Shown piece by piece: positions 16,294 through 25,645 of a stretch of 64,000 bases of DNA. The stretch comes from a virus (taxonomy: Duplodnaviria; Caudoviricetes). A program made the position numbers and the translations under genes. Numbering within the stretch: position 1 is the first letter of the stretch; every line of letters begins with the position of its first letter. The notes beneath the pieces are model-generated. The model saw only the letters and a program-made list of their open reading frames with translations, did no database searches and was not told the DNA's origin. The stretch covers positions 1 to 64,000 of the IMG/VR virus record IMGVR_UViG_3300046615_000115. One strand, 5' to 3'.

Positions 16294-16694
16294 TGGCAAA
16301 TCTAGAAGGCTGGAAACCAAAGCTTGAATGGAAGAAGGAAGGGCGAGACTTCCTTGTGTCTGTGACTAAACACATTGGATGGGATGGAGAAAATAAGTGG
16401 TGCGTATACCTCTACATCTACCCTAAACATCCAGCATTTGCACGATTCAACCGAGATGGAACTATGTGGGATCAACCACACTTCGACTGCCACAGCTATG
16501 TAAGTTATTTTAATGCTCATATTGCTTTCAAGACAGGGGAAGTGTGCAGTTATCAATTGGGCTGGGATTACAATCACGATGGTGACAGCTATTACAATTC
16601 GATTGACAGTGTTGACAAAGCGGGAAGCATCTTCTATGATGCGGAACGGCTATTTGAACAGGCTGAATCTTGGAATGAGGAATTTGTAGAATGA
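16293..16694 (+). CDS. Hypothetical protein
   Basis: TAATG-coupled. Confidence 0.75.
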   Translation: MANLEGWKPKLEWKKEGRDFLVSVTKHIGWDGENKWCVYLYIYPKHPAFARFNRDGTMWDQPHFDCHSYVSYFNAHIAFKTGEVCSYQLGWDYNHDGDSYYNSIDSVDKAGSIFYDAERLFEQAESWNEEFVE

Positions 16695-16852
16695 ACGAAG
16701 AAAAAGAAATCCTATACAATGCTCTAGATTCCTTGAACGAAGCTCTCAATTATTTCAATGAGCTGACAGATGATGAAAAGCATGCTGATATTTATTGGGA
16801 AATTAAAGATGTTTCGGATGTGTTGGTGAAGAGAATTGGGGAGGTTGGGTGA
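16691..16852 (+). CDS. Acidic hypothetical protein (53 aa)
   Basis: Manual translation; ATGA coupling. Confidence 0.6.
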   Translation: MNEEKEILYNALDSLNEALNYFNELTDDEKHADIYWEIKDVSDVLVKRIGEVG

Positions 16853-17073
16853 TGTTGATTAATGACAATCGTGGTAAACAACGTAATCTGAAAATGGAAG
16901 ACCTCACGGCCGGAGAAGTCTACATCAACACACGTCTTCAGAAGTATTTGATATGCTGTGATGACACAAGTGTTGTCTTTGTTGATGTCGATGATGGAAG
17001 CGTGTATCGTACAGAAGATGTGAAAGATTATGATGAATATATTCCTGTGAAGGCTCGGATGGAGATTGAATGA
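16849..17073 (+). CDS. Hypothetical protein
   Basis: Coupled ORF. Confidence 0.7.
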   Translation: MMLINDNRGKQRNLKMEDLTAGEVYINTRLQKYLICCDDTSVVFVDVDDGSVYRTEDVKDYDEYIPVKARMEIE

Positions 17074-18062
17074 TGACCACACCACAACCAGCAACATTAG
17101 TTTTAAAAGTAATTTCTATCGATGACCTTGGCGTAAACATCGTTGAGCTTCCAGCAGGTACATACCTTGTTGATGGGGAAGTTGTCAGTCATGGTGGGTG
17201 GAATTCTTACAACACAAAGCATCAGATTAGTGCTAAGGACGTTGAGAATATTCGGGCTATTCATAAGACCAATATCCTTGTAGGTTATGTTCCAACAACC
17301 GAAGGGATCACAGACGACATTCTGTCTGTCGAAGCTTACAATGATTTCCTTCAAGAGCTGCACAAGAATGGTCATTGGATTGGTCCTGAGGATAACCGAG
17401 ACTTTGTATGGAATACTCTTGAAGATGAATTTGCTTTCCGTAAGTTTATGTCTCAATGGAAAGCTAAATACAAAGAGGAAACAACTTACTCAGAACCTCT
17501 CCTGATTGATCGTAGTCACATTCGTCAAGACTCTGGTAACCCTTATATTGTGGCTGGTTTTCTCACTGGACGTTCTGACGTTCCTTTGTACAGCTATGAT
17601 CGTTCAAATTCTGTAGCGTCTATGCTGGCTAAGAAGTTTGAAAGTCTTGGTATGGAATTCAAAGAAGGGTTGTCTTACGGAGCAACAGAAGGTAAGAAAG
17701 TTTGGAGTAATTCCACTCATTCTGGTCTTGAGTATGTGACAGCCTTTGGTAAGTATATTATTGGCAAGAATCTTGTCCCTAAAACAAGGGGTGAATTTAA
17801 AGGTTCATTTGAGCATCTTGAAAAGATTTATAAAGAAGATAAACAATGGATTGAGGATTTGATTCAAGTGGGCTATAATCTTCACTTCAGGGATGAAGGA
17901 GCTTCAACGGTATTGTTGGGTGATGTTTATAGTGGATTGAAGACTTGTATTAGTTATGTGAATACTCTTGATGTTAAGGTGAAGAGTGAGACTAGTAAGC
18001 GCAGTGCGCTTACACAGTTGAATAAGTTGCTTGATACGGTTAATGTGGAGGTTTTGAAATAA
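17070..18062 (+). CDS. Hypothetical protein (330 aa)
   Basis: Long ORF; no motif recognised. Confidence 0.8.
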   Translation: MMTTPQPATLVLKVISIDDLGVNIVELPAGTYLVDGEVVSHGGWNSYNTKHQISAKDVENIRAIHKTNILVGYVPTTEGITDDILSVEAYNDFLQELHKNGHWIGPEDNRDFVWNTLEDEFAFRKFMSQWKAKYKEETTYSEPLLIDRSHIRQDSGNPYIVAGFLTGRSDVPLYSYDRSNSVASMLAKKFESLGMEFKEGLSYGATEGKKVWSNSTHSGLEYVTAFGKYIIGKNLVPKTRGEFKGSFEHLEKIYKEDKQWIEDLIQVGYNLHFRDEGASTVLLGDVYSGLKTCISYVNTLDVKVKSETSKRSALTQLNKLLDTVNVEVLK

Positions 18063-18112
18063 CCCTTGCTATCCTTGAAGCAATTGGGTAGAATGGTTGG
18101 CTGGGAAATAAA

Positions 18113-19954
18113 TTGAATGGAGAGGATGATTTGAGTAATATCAGAAAAGTAATCTCTCACTATACAGATTTCTCTGGAGAGAAGCTTTGTTGCCCTATTC
18201 ACGGAGAGAACACACCATCCCTTCAGGTCTATGAGGATACAAACTCATGGTATTGCTGGGGTGCTTGTGGTGAAGGTGGTGACGAGATTGCATTTGTTAA
18301 AAGTATTGATGGTGTGGACTTTCCTGAAGCTGTAAAGAAGGTCTGTGAAATCCTGAATATTACCAAAGAGGAGCTTATGGAAAGTAAAGATAAAGAAAAG
18401 GTAGTTACTAAAGTTTCAGCAGAAAACGCTGAAGCTATGGACATTGGAGAAGTAAAGGAACTTATTCGTTCTACTGGCTATGTGAGTAATGGTTATCGTG
18501 GGATTCGTGATGAGGTGAATAAGTTCTTTGGTCACTTGTCTAAACTAGATGATCAAGGTAATGTCATTGCTCGCTATTATCCTGAAACAAACAACTTTGG
18601 TAAATTGACAGGCTACAAATGCCGTAACCATCCAAAGGACTTTAGTCACGGTAAAGTGGGAGCTACAGGTAATAAGAGTCAATTGAGCGGGCAGGTTAAA
18701 TTTAAATCTCCATCTAAATACGTACTCTATGTGGGCGGAGAAGAGGATAAGGCTGCTGCATACCAGATGCTTAAGGAGAATCGAAAGGATCAAGAGTTTG
18801 ATTCTATTCCTGTTGTTAGTCCTACATCTGGTGAAGGTTCAGCAGCAAAGCAAGCTGCAATGCAATATGACTGGTTTGACCAATACGACATCATTGTAAT
18901 TGGGATGGATCAAGATGAGGCAGGGATTAAGGCAGCTAAAGAGATTGCTGCTGTACTTCCAAAAGAAAAGCTTCGTATTGCTACATGGTCGGGCAAAGAT
19001 CCTAACCAGATGTTGATTGACGGTAAAGAGAAACAATTTGTACGTGATTTCTACAATGCCAAGGAGTTTATCAACAGCGGTATTTCATCTTCTGGTGATG
19101 CTGAAGCTGGTCTTGCTGAGTTTTTGACAGCACCTAAGATTGGTCTTCCTCCTCAGTTGAGTAAGCTTCAAACTGCAATGCGTGGTGGTATTAAATCAAC
19201 TGGTTCTGTAGTCAATATTATTGGTGACACGAGTATTGGTAAGAGCTTTCTATCTGATACTCTCATTTACCATTGGTTGTTTAATAGTCCTCGTGTTCCA
19301 ACTATTGTAAGTCTTGAGCGTACTAAAGAAGAGTTGACAATTGATTTATTGTCAATGCATCTTAAGAAAAATCTGATGTGGTTTACAGATGGTCATGATG
19401 CTGTTGACTATTTGAATCAACCAGAGGTACAGATTCTTAAGAATGAGCTTCTTTACAATGAAGCTGGCGAGCCTCGATTCTTCATCATTGATGAGCGAGA
19501 AGGTGATATTGAACTTCTTAAACGTCAGATGGAGAAAAGTGGTAAAGTAAACGATTCTCGATTGATGGTGATTGATCCACTGACAGACTTCTTGCGATCC
19601 TTGGGGACAGAGGTTCAAGAGAACTTTATGATGTGGCAGAAGCTACAAAAGAAGAATGGCTTTGTATTCATTAATATTCTTCACACACGTAAACCACCAA
19701 CTGATAAAGACGGTAATGTTCGTAAAGTGACTGAGTATGACGCTCTTGGTTCTGGTACATTTATTCAGTCGGCAGACGTGAACATTGTGATCAATCGTGA
19801 TAAGATGGCTAGTGATCCGATTGAGAAGAATACGACCTATGTTGATATGCCTAAGTGTCGTGGGGGTATCACTGGTGAGATTTGTGCGCTATACTATGAC
19901 GCTGAAACTCGTCAGCAGTATGATCGTGATGAGTATTTTAATAATCCAGTATAA
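18113..19954 (+). CDS. DNA primase-helicase (CHC2 Zn finger + TOPRIM + SF4 helicase)
   Basis: CPIHGENTPS...WYCWGAC; GGEEDK and MDQDEAG TOPRIM; GDTSIGKS Walker A; K.RGG arginine-finger region. Confidence 0.9.
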   Translation: MNGEDDLSNIRKVISHYTDFSGEKLCCPIHGENTPSLQVYEDTNSWYCWGACGEGGDEIAFVKSIDGVDFPEAVKKVCEILNITKEELMESKDKEKVVTKVSAENAEAMDIGEVKELIRSTGYVSNGYRGIRDEVNKFFGHLSKLDDQGNVIARYYPETNNFGKLTGYKCRNHPKDFSHGKVGATGNKSQLSGQVKFKSPSKYVLYVGGEEDKAAAYQMLKENRKDQEFDSIPVVSPTSGEGSAAKQAAMQYDWFDQYDIIVIGMDQDEAGIKAAKEIAAVLPKEKLRIATWSGKDPNQMLIDGKEKQFVRDFYNAKEFINSGISSSGDAEAGLAEFLTAPKIGLPPQLSKLQTAMRGGIKSTGSVVNIIGDTSIGKSFLSDTLIYHWLFNSPRVPTIVSLERTKEELTIDLLSMHLKKNLMWFTDGHDAVDYLNQPEVQILKNELLYNEAGEPRFFIIDEREGDIELLKRQMEKSGKVNDSRLMVIDPLTDFLRSLGTEVQENFMMWQKLQKKNGFVFINILHTRKPPTDKDGNVRKVTEYDALGSGTFIQSADVNIVINRDKMASDPIEKNTTYVDMPKCRGGITGEICALYYDAETRQQYDRDEYFNNPV

Positions 19955-20003
19955 GAACCACCGCAACATCATGCGGATGAGATTGATTTTTAAGGAGAAG
20001 GTT

Positions 20004-22199
20004 TTGGATAAGAAGTGGTTTGAATCGGATTTTATCTACGATTTAGAGTCGTACCCCAATGTTTTCTCTATGAGTATCATCCATGCTTCCGGGAAACACA
20101 TGCGAGTCTTTGAGATTAGTGATCGTAAGAATGAGATTGAAGGGATTGCTAAATGCTTGCGATATCTGGTTCGGAATAAATGTCGTATGGTGGGGTTTAA
20201 CAACAACTCATACGACTACACTCTTATCCATGAAATCATCAAGTCTCTCAAGGAAGCAAAACAAAGCGGTAAGACTCCAAACATTACAGCTCAGAAACTC
20301 TATAAACTGACAACACAAATCATTACAAAGATGCAGTCTGAAGAAAAGTGGTACGGTATTAAAGAAGCTGACCATTTTATTCAGCAGGTTGATTTATACA
20401 AGATCCATCACATGGACAATATGGCAAAAGCCACATCTTTGAAAATGTTGGAAGTGAATATGCGGTCTACTAACGTGGAAGACCTTCCCTTCCCTGTCGG
20501 TAAGAAGTTAACAAGCGATGAAATTGATATTTTGTTGCACTATAACAAACACGATGTTAACGAAACTCTGAAGTTCTATTATTATTCCTATGAGGCGATT
20601 CAGCTTCGTAAGGAATTGTCTGAGAAGTTTGGTTTCGACTGCACAAGCTTTAGTGATAGTAAGATTGGTGAAACTCTATTCATTAATCGTCTTGAGCAAG
20701 CTCAGAAGGGTTTGTGTTATGAATACAGTAAACATGGTGGTCGTAAGATCAATCAGACCAAGCGTGATAATGTAAAGATTAAAGATTGTCTTTTTGACTA
20801 TCTGAAATTTGAACGACCTGAGTTTAAAGCTGTGCATGATTGGTTAAGTAATCAAACAGTGCAAGAAACCAAAGGTGTATTCAATGACTATGAAGAACAT
20901 CAGATTGGAGAGCTTGCTAAATACGCTCAGATGAAAACCAAGAAGGTGTTGTTTAAGAATCGGTTGAATCTGGACAACAAAGATAAACCTAAAGCTGACT
21001 TTGACTTTACTGATTTAGATCATCTGGAAGAACTTCAACGTTTGAAAGATGAATTCTTGAAAGAACATCCTATGGGATATTTTGAAGAGAAGGAAACTAA
21101 AACTTCACGCTCTCACAAGCTTAAGGTTACAGCATTCTATCGAGTGGTTGAGGCAATTAACACAGTTATTGATGACAAAGTGTATGTGTACGGTACTGGT
21201 GGTATCCACATGTCTATTGAAAGTGAGACTGTGAGAGCGGATGATGAATGGACAATTATCGATGCAGACGTAACTTCGATGTATCCGTCGATTTCCATTG
21301 CAAATAACGTGTACCCTGAACATCTTGGTATTACGTTCTGTAAAGTGTACAAGGATCTGTTTATGGAACGTGGTAAATATCCAAAAGGTAGCGGTCCAAA
21401 TGGTGCAATTAAGCTTGCTTTGAACTCCGTGTATGGTAAGTCCAACAGCGAATTTAGTCCGCTTTATGATCCGAAATATACCTTAACTATTACCATTAAT
21501 GGACAGCTTTGTCTGTCTATGCTAGCTGAACAATTGATTGGTCTTGGTTGTAAGATGATTCAGTGTAATACAGATGGTGTGACAGCTTTGGTTCCACGAA
21601 GTAAGGAAGCTGATTATTATGCAATCACAAAAGCTTGGGAAAAAACTGTTGGACTTCAGTTGGAATATGCTGTATATTCAATGATGGCTCTAAATAATGT
21701 TAACAATTATATTGCCGTTTATGAAGATGGAAAGGTCAAGAGTAAGGGTCAGTACGAAGTCGCCCACTTTGAGAAACTTGGATGGTCTAAAAATCATTCT
21801 GCGATGATCGTTCCAAAGGCTGCATTGGATTATATTGTCTACGGTAAGGACATTGAAGAGACAATTCGTTCACACAAGGATGAATTTGATTTTCTTTTGC
21901 GCGCCAAGGTGCCTCGGAGTTCAAAGCTGTACCTGTGTTATGAGGATGGTCGTGAGGTTCAACAGCAGAATATCTGCCGATACTATCCGTCTGAGCATGG
22001 TGGTAAACTGGTTAAACTGATGCCACCTTTGGTGTGGGTAGAAGGTGGTGGAGACTGGCGTAGACTTGGCTTGGATACTGAATGGACAGTAGAAACCTGT
22101 AATAACATTGCAGAATTTGACTGGAATAAATTAAACTATGATTATTACATCAAGGAGGCTCAGAAGCTGATTGATGGTGTAGGAGTGGAAATTGAATAA
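20004..22199 (+). CDS. Family B DNA polymerase with 3'-5' exonuclease
   Basis: YDLESY ExoI, GFNNxxYD ExoII, YNKHDV ExoIII, DVTSMYPS, KLALNSVYGK, NTDG; TTG start after AAGGAG. Confidence 0.9.
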   Translation: MDKKWFESDFIYDLESYPNVFSMSIIHASGKHMRVFEISDRKNEIEGIAKCLRYLVRNKCRMVGFNNNSYDYTLIHEIIKSLKEAKQSGKTPNITAQKLYKLTTQIITKMQSEEKWYGIKEADHFIQQVDLYKIHHMDNMAKATSLKMLEVNMRSTNVEDLPFPVGKKLTSDEIDILLHYNKHDVNETLKFYYYSYEAIQLRKELSEKFGFDCTSFSDSKIGETLFINRLEQAQKGLCYEYSKHGGRKINQTKRDNVKIKDCLFDYLKFERPEFKAVHDWLSNQTVQETKGVFNDYEEHQIGELAKYAQMKTKKVLFKNRLNLDNKDKPKADFDFTDLDHLEELQRLKDEFLKEHPMGYFEEKETKTSRSHKLKVTAFYRVVEAINTVIDDKVYVYGTGGIHMSIESETVRADDEWTIIDADVTSMYPSISIANNVYPEHLGITFCKVYKDLFMERGKYPKGSGPNGAIKLALNSVYGKSNSEFSPLYDPKYTLTITINGQLCLSMLAEQLIGLGCKMIQCNTDGVTALVPRSKEADYYAITKAWEKTVGLQLEYAVYSMMALNNVNNYIAVYEDGKVKSKGQYEVAHFEKLGWSKNHSAMIVPKAALDYIVYGKDIEETIRSHKDEFDFLLRAKVPRSSKLYLCYEDGREVQQQNICRYYPSEHGGKLVKLMPPLVWVEGGGDWRRLGLDTEWTVETCNNIAEFDWNKLNYDYYIKEAQKLIDGVGVEIE

Positions 22200-22728
22200 A
22201 GAAAGTGAGAGGTCGTTGTATGAAGAATGTCATAAAAGATTTTTATATGTTGACGGGGATCTAATTTGTAAGTACAATATTCACCATACTCAGATGGAAG
22301 CCGAAAAAGCTGGCACGCTGTGCTCAAACGGATACATAAAAATCTGTGTTGACTATAAGCAATATTGGCTACATCGTATTATATTTCTAATGCACTATGG
22401 ATATTTACCAAATAAGATTGACCACAAGGATAGGGATAGATTAAATAATCGAATTGAAAATCTTCGAGATGCTACAGACTCGGTGAATAGTATTAACAAA
22501 GGAGTTCAGTCCAATAATACATCAGGTCAACCCGGTGTGAGTTTCAGCAAAGCTGTAGGTAAATGGCATGTTTATATTAAAATCAACAACAAGAGGACAA
22601 ATCTTGGATACTTTGAGGATTTAGAAGAAGCGATCAGGGTGAGAAAACAAGCTGAAATTGATTTTGGGTTCACTGAAATTCGTAGCGATTGGGAATTTTC
22701 AGAAAAAGAAATTAAAGAAACCCCTTGA
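22192..22728 (+). CDS. HNH_3 + AP2 homing endonuclease
   Basis: LHRII...IDHKDRDRLNNRIENLR; NNTSGQPGV. Confidence 0.85.
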   Translation: MNKESERSLYEECHKRFLYVDGDLICKYNIHHTQMEAEKAGTLCSNGYIKICVDYKQYWLHRIIFLMHYGYLPNKIDHKDRDRLNNRIENLRDATDSVNSINKGVQSNNTSGQPGVSFSKAVGKWHVYIKINNKRTNLGYFEDLEEAIRVRKQAEIDFGFTEIRSDWEFSEKEIKETP

Positions 22729-22753
22729 CGACACACTGAAATAGGCGCATACT
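22725..22753 (+). promoter_or_regulatory. sigma70 promoter overlapping HNH stop
   Basis: TTGACG-17-CATACT. Confidence 0.7.
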
Positions 22754-22782
22754 GTTACCTAACGAAATAAAAGGAGAGAAAG

Positions 22783-23172
22783 ATGAAAATCAGCACACGA
22801 ACAGAACAAGTCATTAATGTTGGTGATTGGGATCAACTTGTAATTGACACATACGGCAAACCTTACAGCTTTCAGCAACAAGATGGCTGTAAAGAACGCC
22901 AACGTGTTAAGATCACGATTCCTGATGAAGCTTACGACTACGAGAATGACACAGTTCCGGAGATTGTAAATCATGAAGACATGGGAGTGAGCTTTCAAGC
23001 TTGGCTTGATCGTGATCCTAAACAACCACTGAGCAGCGATCCAGAGTATGGTTTTGGTCTGAGCTTGTGGTGGGAACGTAACTTCTATCCAGATGTTCAG
23101 ATGATTGCAAACAGTCTTTACCGAATGGAGTTGATTGAAGCTGGCGAATACACAATTGATATTGATTGGTAA
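22783..23172 (+). CDS. Conserved-type phage hypothetical protein
   Basis: WERNFYP...EAGEYTIDIDW ending; AAGGAG RBS. Confidence 0.8.
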   Translation: MKISTRTEQVINVGDWDQLVIDTYGKPYSFQQQDGCKERQRVKITIPDEAYDYENDTVPEIVNHEDMGVSFQAWLDRDPKQPLSSDPEYGFGLSLWWERNFYPDVQMIANSLYRMELIEAGEYTIDIDW

Positions 23173-23197
23173 GTGATAAATCACAGGAGAGAAATAA

Positions 23198-23419
23198 ATG
23201 AAAGATAAACTACTAGCACTAATCAAACGTCTCGAAGAGCAACATGACTTTGAAAATGAATTCTACCTGACCTACACAGGTCAATTGAATGACGGAGACA
23301 TCTCAGATTGGTACAACAGTCACTTTGATGATAACGTGGAGCTTGGATTCTCTACTGGAGAAACAAGCATGGCTGAAGATATTATTGCAGAACTTACTAA
23401 AATTATTGAGGAGAATTGA
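23198..23419 (+). CDS. Acidic hypothetical protein
   Basis: AGGAG RBS. Confidence 0.7.
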   Translation: MKDKLLALIKRLEEQHDFENEFYLTYTGQLNDGDISDWYNSHFDDNVELGFSTGETSMAEDIIAELTKIIEEN

Positions 23420-23420
23420 G

Positions 23421-23585
23421 ATGAGCAACTACACCTATGCTGTAATAGAAAAAGCAACTGGTCTGACTCTGGAAGCAACCACTACAAGGGAAGCTGCACG
23501 AGAACTCAAACGAGAGTTTGAGAGCTACAATTCTGGTAATACTTTTCAAATTGTGCAGTTTGTAAAAAGTAAAGTGGTGCGATAA
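23421..23585 (+). CDS. Hypothetical protein (MSNYTY...)
   Basis: GAGGAG RBS before ATG 23421. Confidence 0.65.
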   Translation: MSNYTYAVIEKATGLTLEATTTREAARELKREFESYNSGNTFQIVQFVKSKVVR

Positions 23586-23586
23586 T

Positions 23587-23829
23587 ATGGGAAGTGTCCG
23601 TATTACAGAAACAACCTACGTAGGCGATTCAAGCTCATCTGTTGAATATGAGTTCTCTGATAGTGTGGATTTCCTAGCGTGGGAAAGCGACAAAACCGAA
23701 CGGTTGAATAATGCAATCAAGAGTTATGTTGGTGGGCTGAGTTCCTTGGGTGGTGAAAGTCCTTTTGAGAATGAAGATGCTGGGAATGTAACAGAAATCA
23801 AAGTAGCCGAGAAAACTACTAAACATTAA
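23587..23829 (+). CDS. Hypothetical protein
   Basis: ORF in operon. Confidence 0.7.
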   Translation: MGSVRITETTYVGDSSSSVEYEFSDSVDFLAWESDKTERLNNAIKSYVGGLSSLGGESPFENEDAGNVTEIKVAEKTTKH

Positions 23830-23842
23830 TTAAGGAGATAAA

Positions 23843-24139
23843 ATGATTCAGGAAATTATGCAATACATCAAACTGATTCCAGAGTTCAAGCCAGTAGCCC
23901 GTAAAGTGATTGATGGTTTGAAAGTTTACGAAGAAGAATACGATGAAATCGTGTCCTTTGTGATTGACTGCACTATTGCAAACAAGGTTAAAATGTATAA
24001 GGCTTTCCAAGCTGCTGGTATTAAGGATGATCATGCGCTAGCATTGACCACCAATGTGTATCAAGAGTTCCAGAAAGCTGCAAAAGAATTTGGTAGTAAG
24101 GTGCAGGCTAGTAAAGCTTCGGACAAGACTACTAAATAA
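23843..24139 (+). CDS. Hypothetical helical protein
   Basis: AAGGAG RBS. Confidence 0.75.
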   Translation: MIQEIMQYIKLIPEFKPVARKVIDGLKVYEEEYDEIVSFVIDCTIANKVKMYKAFQAAGIKDDHALALTTNVYQEFQKAAKEFGSKVQASKASDKTTK

Positions 24140-24207
24140 ACGAGTCCTAAACTACTCAACGTAAAATGTGAACTAAATACTATACACAACTAAATAGAGA
24201 AAATTAA

Positions 24208-24975
24208 ATGACTAACAAAACCGAAGTAATTGTACGCGATCTGCCTAAATCGGGCACTTTGGAAACAGCCAATGTGTACATCAAAAATGCTGTAGTGTTC
24301 TACGCAGCAGTGCATGAGCCCAAGCTTCGTTATCAATCGACTGACAAAGAGTTTAGCGCAACTGTCTTCGTGGATGAAGAAGCTAAGGACAATCTTATTG
24401 ATGTTGTAATGGTTAATAAGAACTTTGCACAAGTTGGAGTAACGAAGACCACTAAACCACCCCGCCGTCTGAAATATCCCTTGTCTTCGCAAGTTGAAGA
24501 GGGTAAAGGTAATTACGATTTGGTAAATGGTCTGTGGGGCTTCAACATTGCTAAGCCTGAGTTCTCGAAAAAAGGCCTGCCTATGTTGGTCAACGTGATT
24601 GATACAGAGGGTCAAGCATTTACTGAGAATGTGGGCAATGGTTCGGTAGTTAATCTGAAGTTGTTTGGTTATAAGAACCAAGATGGTCAACTGACTGTTA
24701 CTCTGGATACTATGCAAGTTGTAGAACACGTAGCCTATGAGGGCAAGTCTTCTTCGGATGAAGTGGTTGACGATATTCTGGGTAGCTACAAAGTGAAGAA
24801 AGTCGAGGCTAAGGTTGCTGAAAAGGAAGAGGATCAAGAAGTTCCAACTCCAGCAGCTAAACCAAAAGCTAAAGCTGCTCCACAGTCAGCACCAGACTTT
24901 GACAGCTTTGATGATGACATCCCATTTGCTCCGATTGGTCTGCAAGAAGGTCGTATGTTTCTACACATGATCTAA
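24208..24975 (+). CDS. ssb: Single-stranded DNA-binding protein (T7 gp2.5-like)
   Basis: NVGNGSVVNL pattern, acidic tail with DFDSFDDDIPF, replication-cluster context. Confidence 0.75.
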   Translation: MTNKTEVIVRDLPKSGTLETANVYIKNAVVFYAAVHEPKLRYQSTDKEFSATVFVDEEAKDNLIDVVMVNKNFAQVGVTKTTKPPRRLKYPLSSQVEEGKGNYDLVNGLWGFNIAKPEFSKKGLPMLVNVIDTEGQAFTENVGNGSVVNLKLFGYKNQDGQLTVTLDTMQVVEHVAYEGKSSSDEVVDDILGSYKVKKVEAKVAEKEEDQEVPTPAAKPKAKAAPQSAPDFDSFDDDIPFAPIGLQEGRMFLHMI

Positions 24976-24984
24976 ACAACAAAC

Positions 24985-25009
24985 GAGCCAAGGACGGCTC
25001 ACTTATTTT
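24985..25009 (+). terminator. Hairpin after ssb
   Basis: GAGCC-AAGGAC-GGCTC plus ACTTATTTT. Confidence 0.5.
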
Positions 25010-25020
25010 AGGAGAGATTT

Positions 25021-25332
25021 ATGACTGTAGACATTCAAGCTGTTCTAGATTGTCCGATGCAAAACAATGATTCTGGTGCCAACACTGTAAAAGGTTATCT
25101 GAAAGCCCTTTTGTTTACATTGTGGGAAGAAAATGAAGGCTTTTCTGGTAAACGACCATTCGGTAATTCTGGCTGGGAATGTGAATTGGCGATGGCACTT
25201 GTAAAAGGTAAATTCATCAAAGGTCGTATTTCTGGTGACTATGAAGATGGTGAAGTTGTTTATGAAAGTCTAGAAGATGCTGATTATCCAGCACTGAACA
25301 AATTAATTACTCGTGCTATTGAAGCACTTTAA
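25021..25332 (+). CDS. Conserved-type phage hypothetical protein
   Basis: GFSGKRPFGNSGWE motif. Confidence 0.75.
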   Translation: MTVDIQAVLDCPMQNNDSGANTVKGYLKALLFTLWEENEGFSGKRPFGNSGWECELAMALVKGKFIKGRISGDYEDGEVVYESLEDADYPALNKLITRAIEAL

Positions 25333-25344
25333 GGAGAACTAAAC

Positions 25345-25593
25345 ATGAAAGAACGTCAATCCCTGTATTCCCGCGCATACCAACTGGCTCAAGAGGCTAT
25401 CACCAATAAAGAAGATGTAAAAGAGCTAGTTGGGGAATTCACTTACGATAAAGAATACAACACCGATGGCTTTGATAAAGCTGAAGTGAAAAATATCGTT
25501 AAGGCTGCTCAAGCAAAAGCTAAACAAGATAATCTTGCAGAGAAAGTTGAAGAGTTGAATAAACTTCAGCAGATTCAGGAAGCTTATAGCTGA
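25345..25593 (+). CDS. GapR/DUF2312/T4 DsbA-like dsDNA-binding protein
   Basis: EDVKEL...GFDKAEVKNIVK pattern. Confidence 0.5.
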   Translation: MKERQSLYSRAYQLAQEAITNKEDVKELVGEFTYDKEYNTDGFDKAEVKNIVKAAQAKAKQDNLAEKVEELNKLQQIQEAYS

Positions 25594-25610
25594 GTAAAGA
25601 ATAATAACAG

Positions 25611-25634
25611 AGCCTCAGAAATGGGGCTTTTGTT
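25611..25634 (+). terminator. Intrinsic terminator
   Basis: AGCCTCA-GAAA-TGGGGCT plus TTTGTT. Confidence 0.65.
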
Positions 25635-25645
25635 CAGGAGGTTGA

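Noticed and set aside
19797-20003. N-terminal extension of PolB
   Set aside because: Overlaps the helicase 3' end; AAGGAG-TTG at 20004 precedes ExoI
20880-21170. Lys-rich segment in PolB as a mobile insert
   Set aside because: No splicing or nuclease motifs; probably a clade-specific loop
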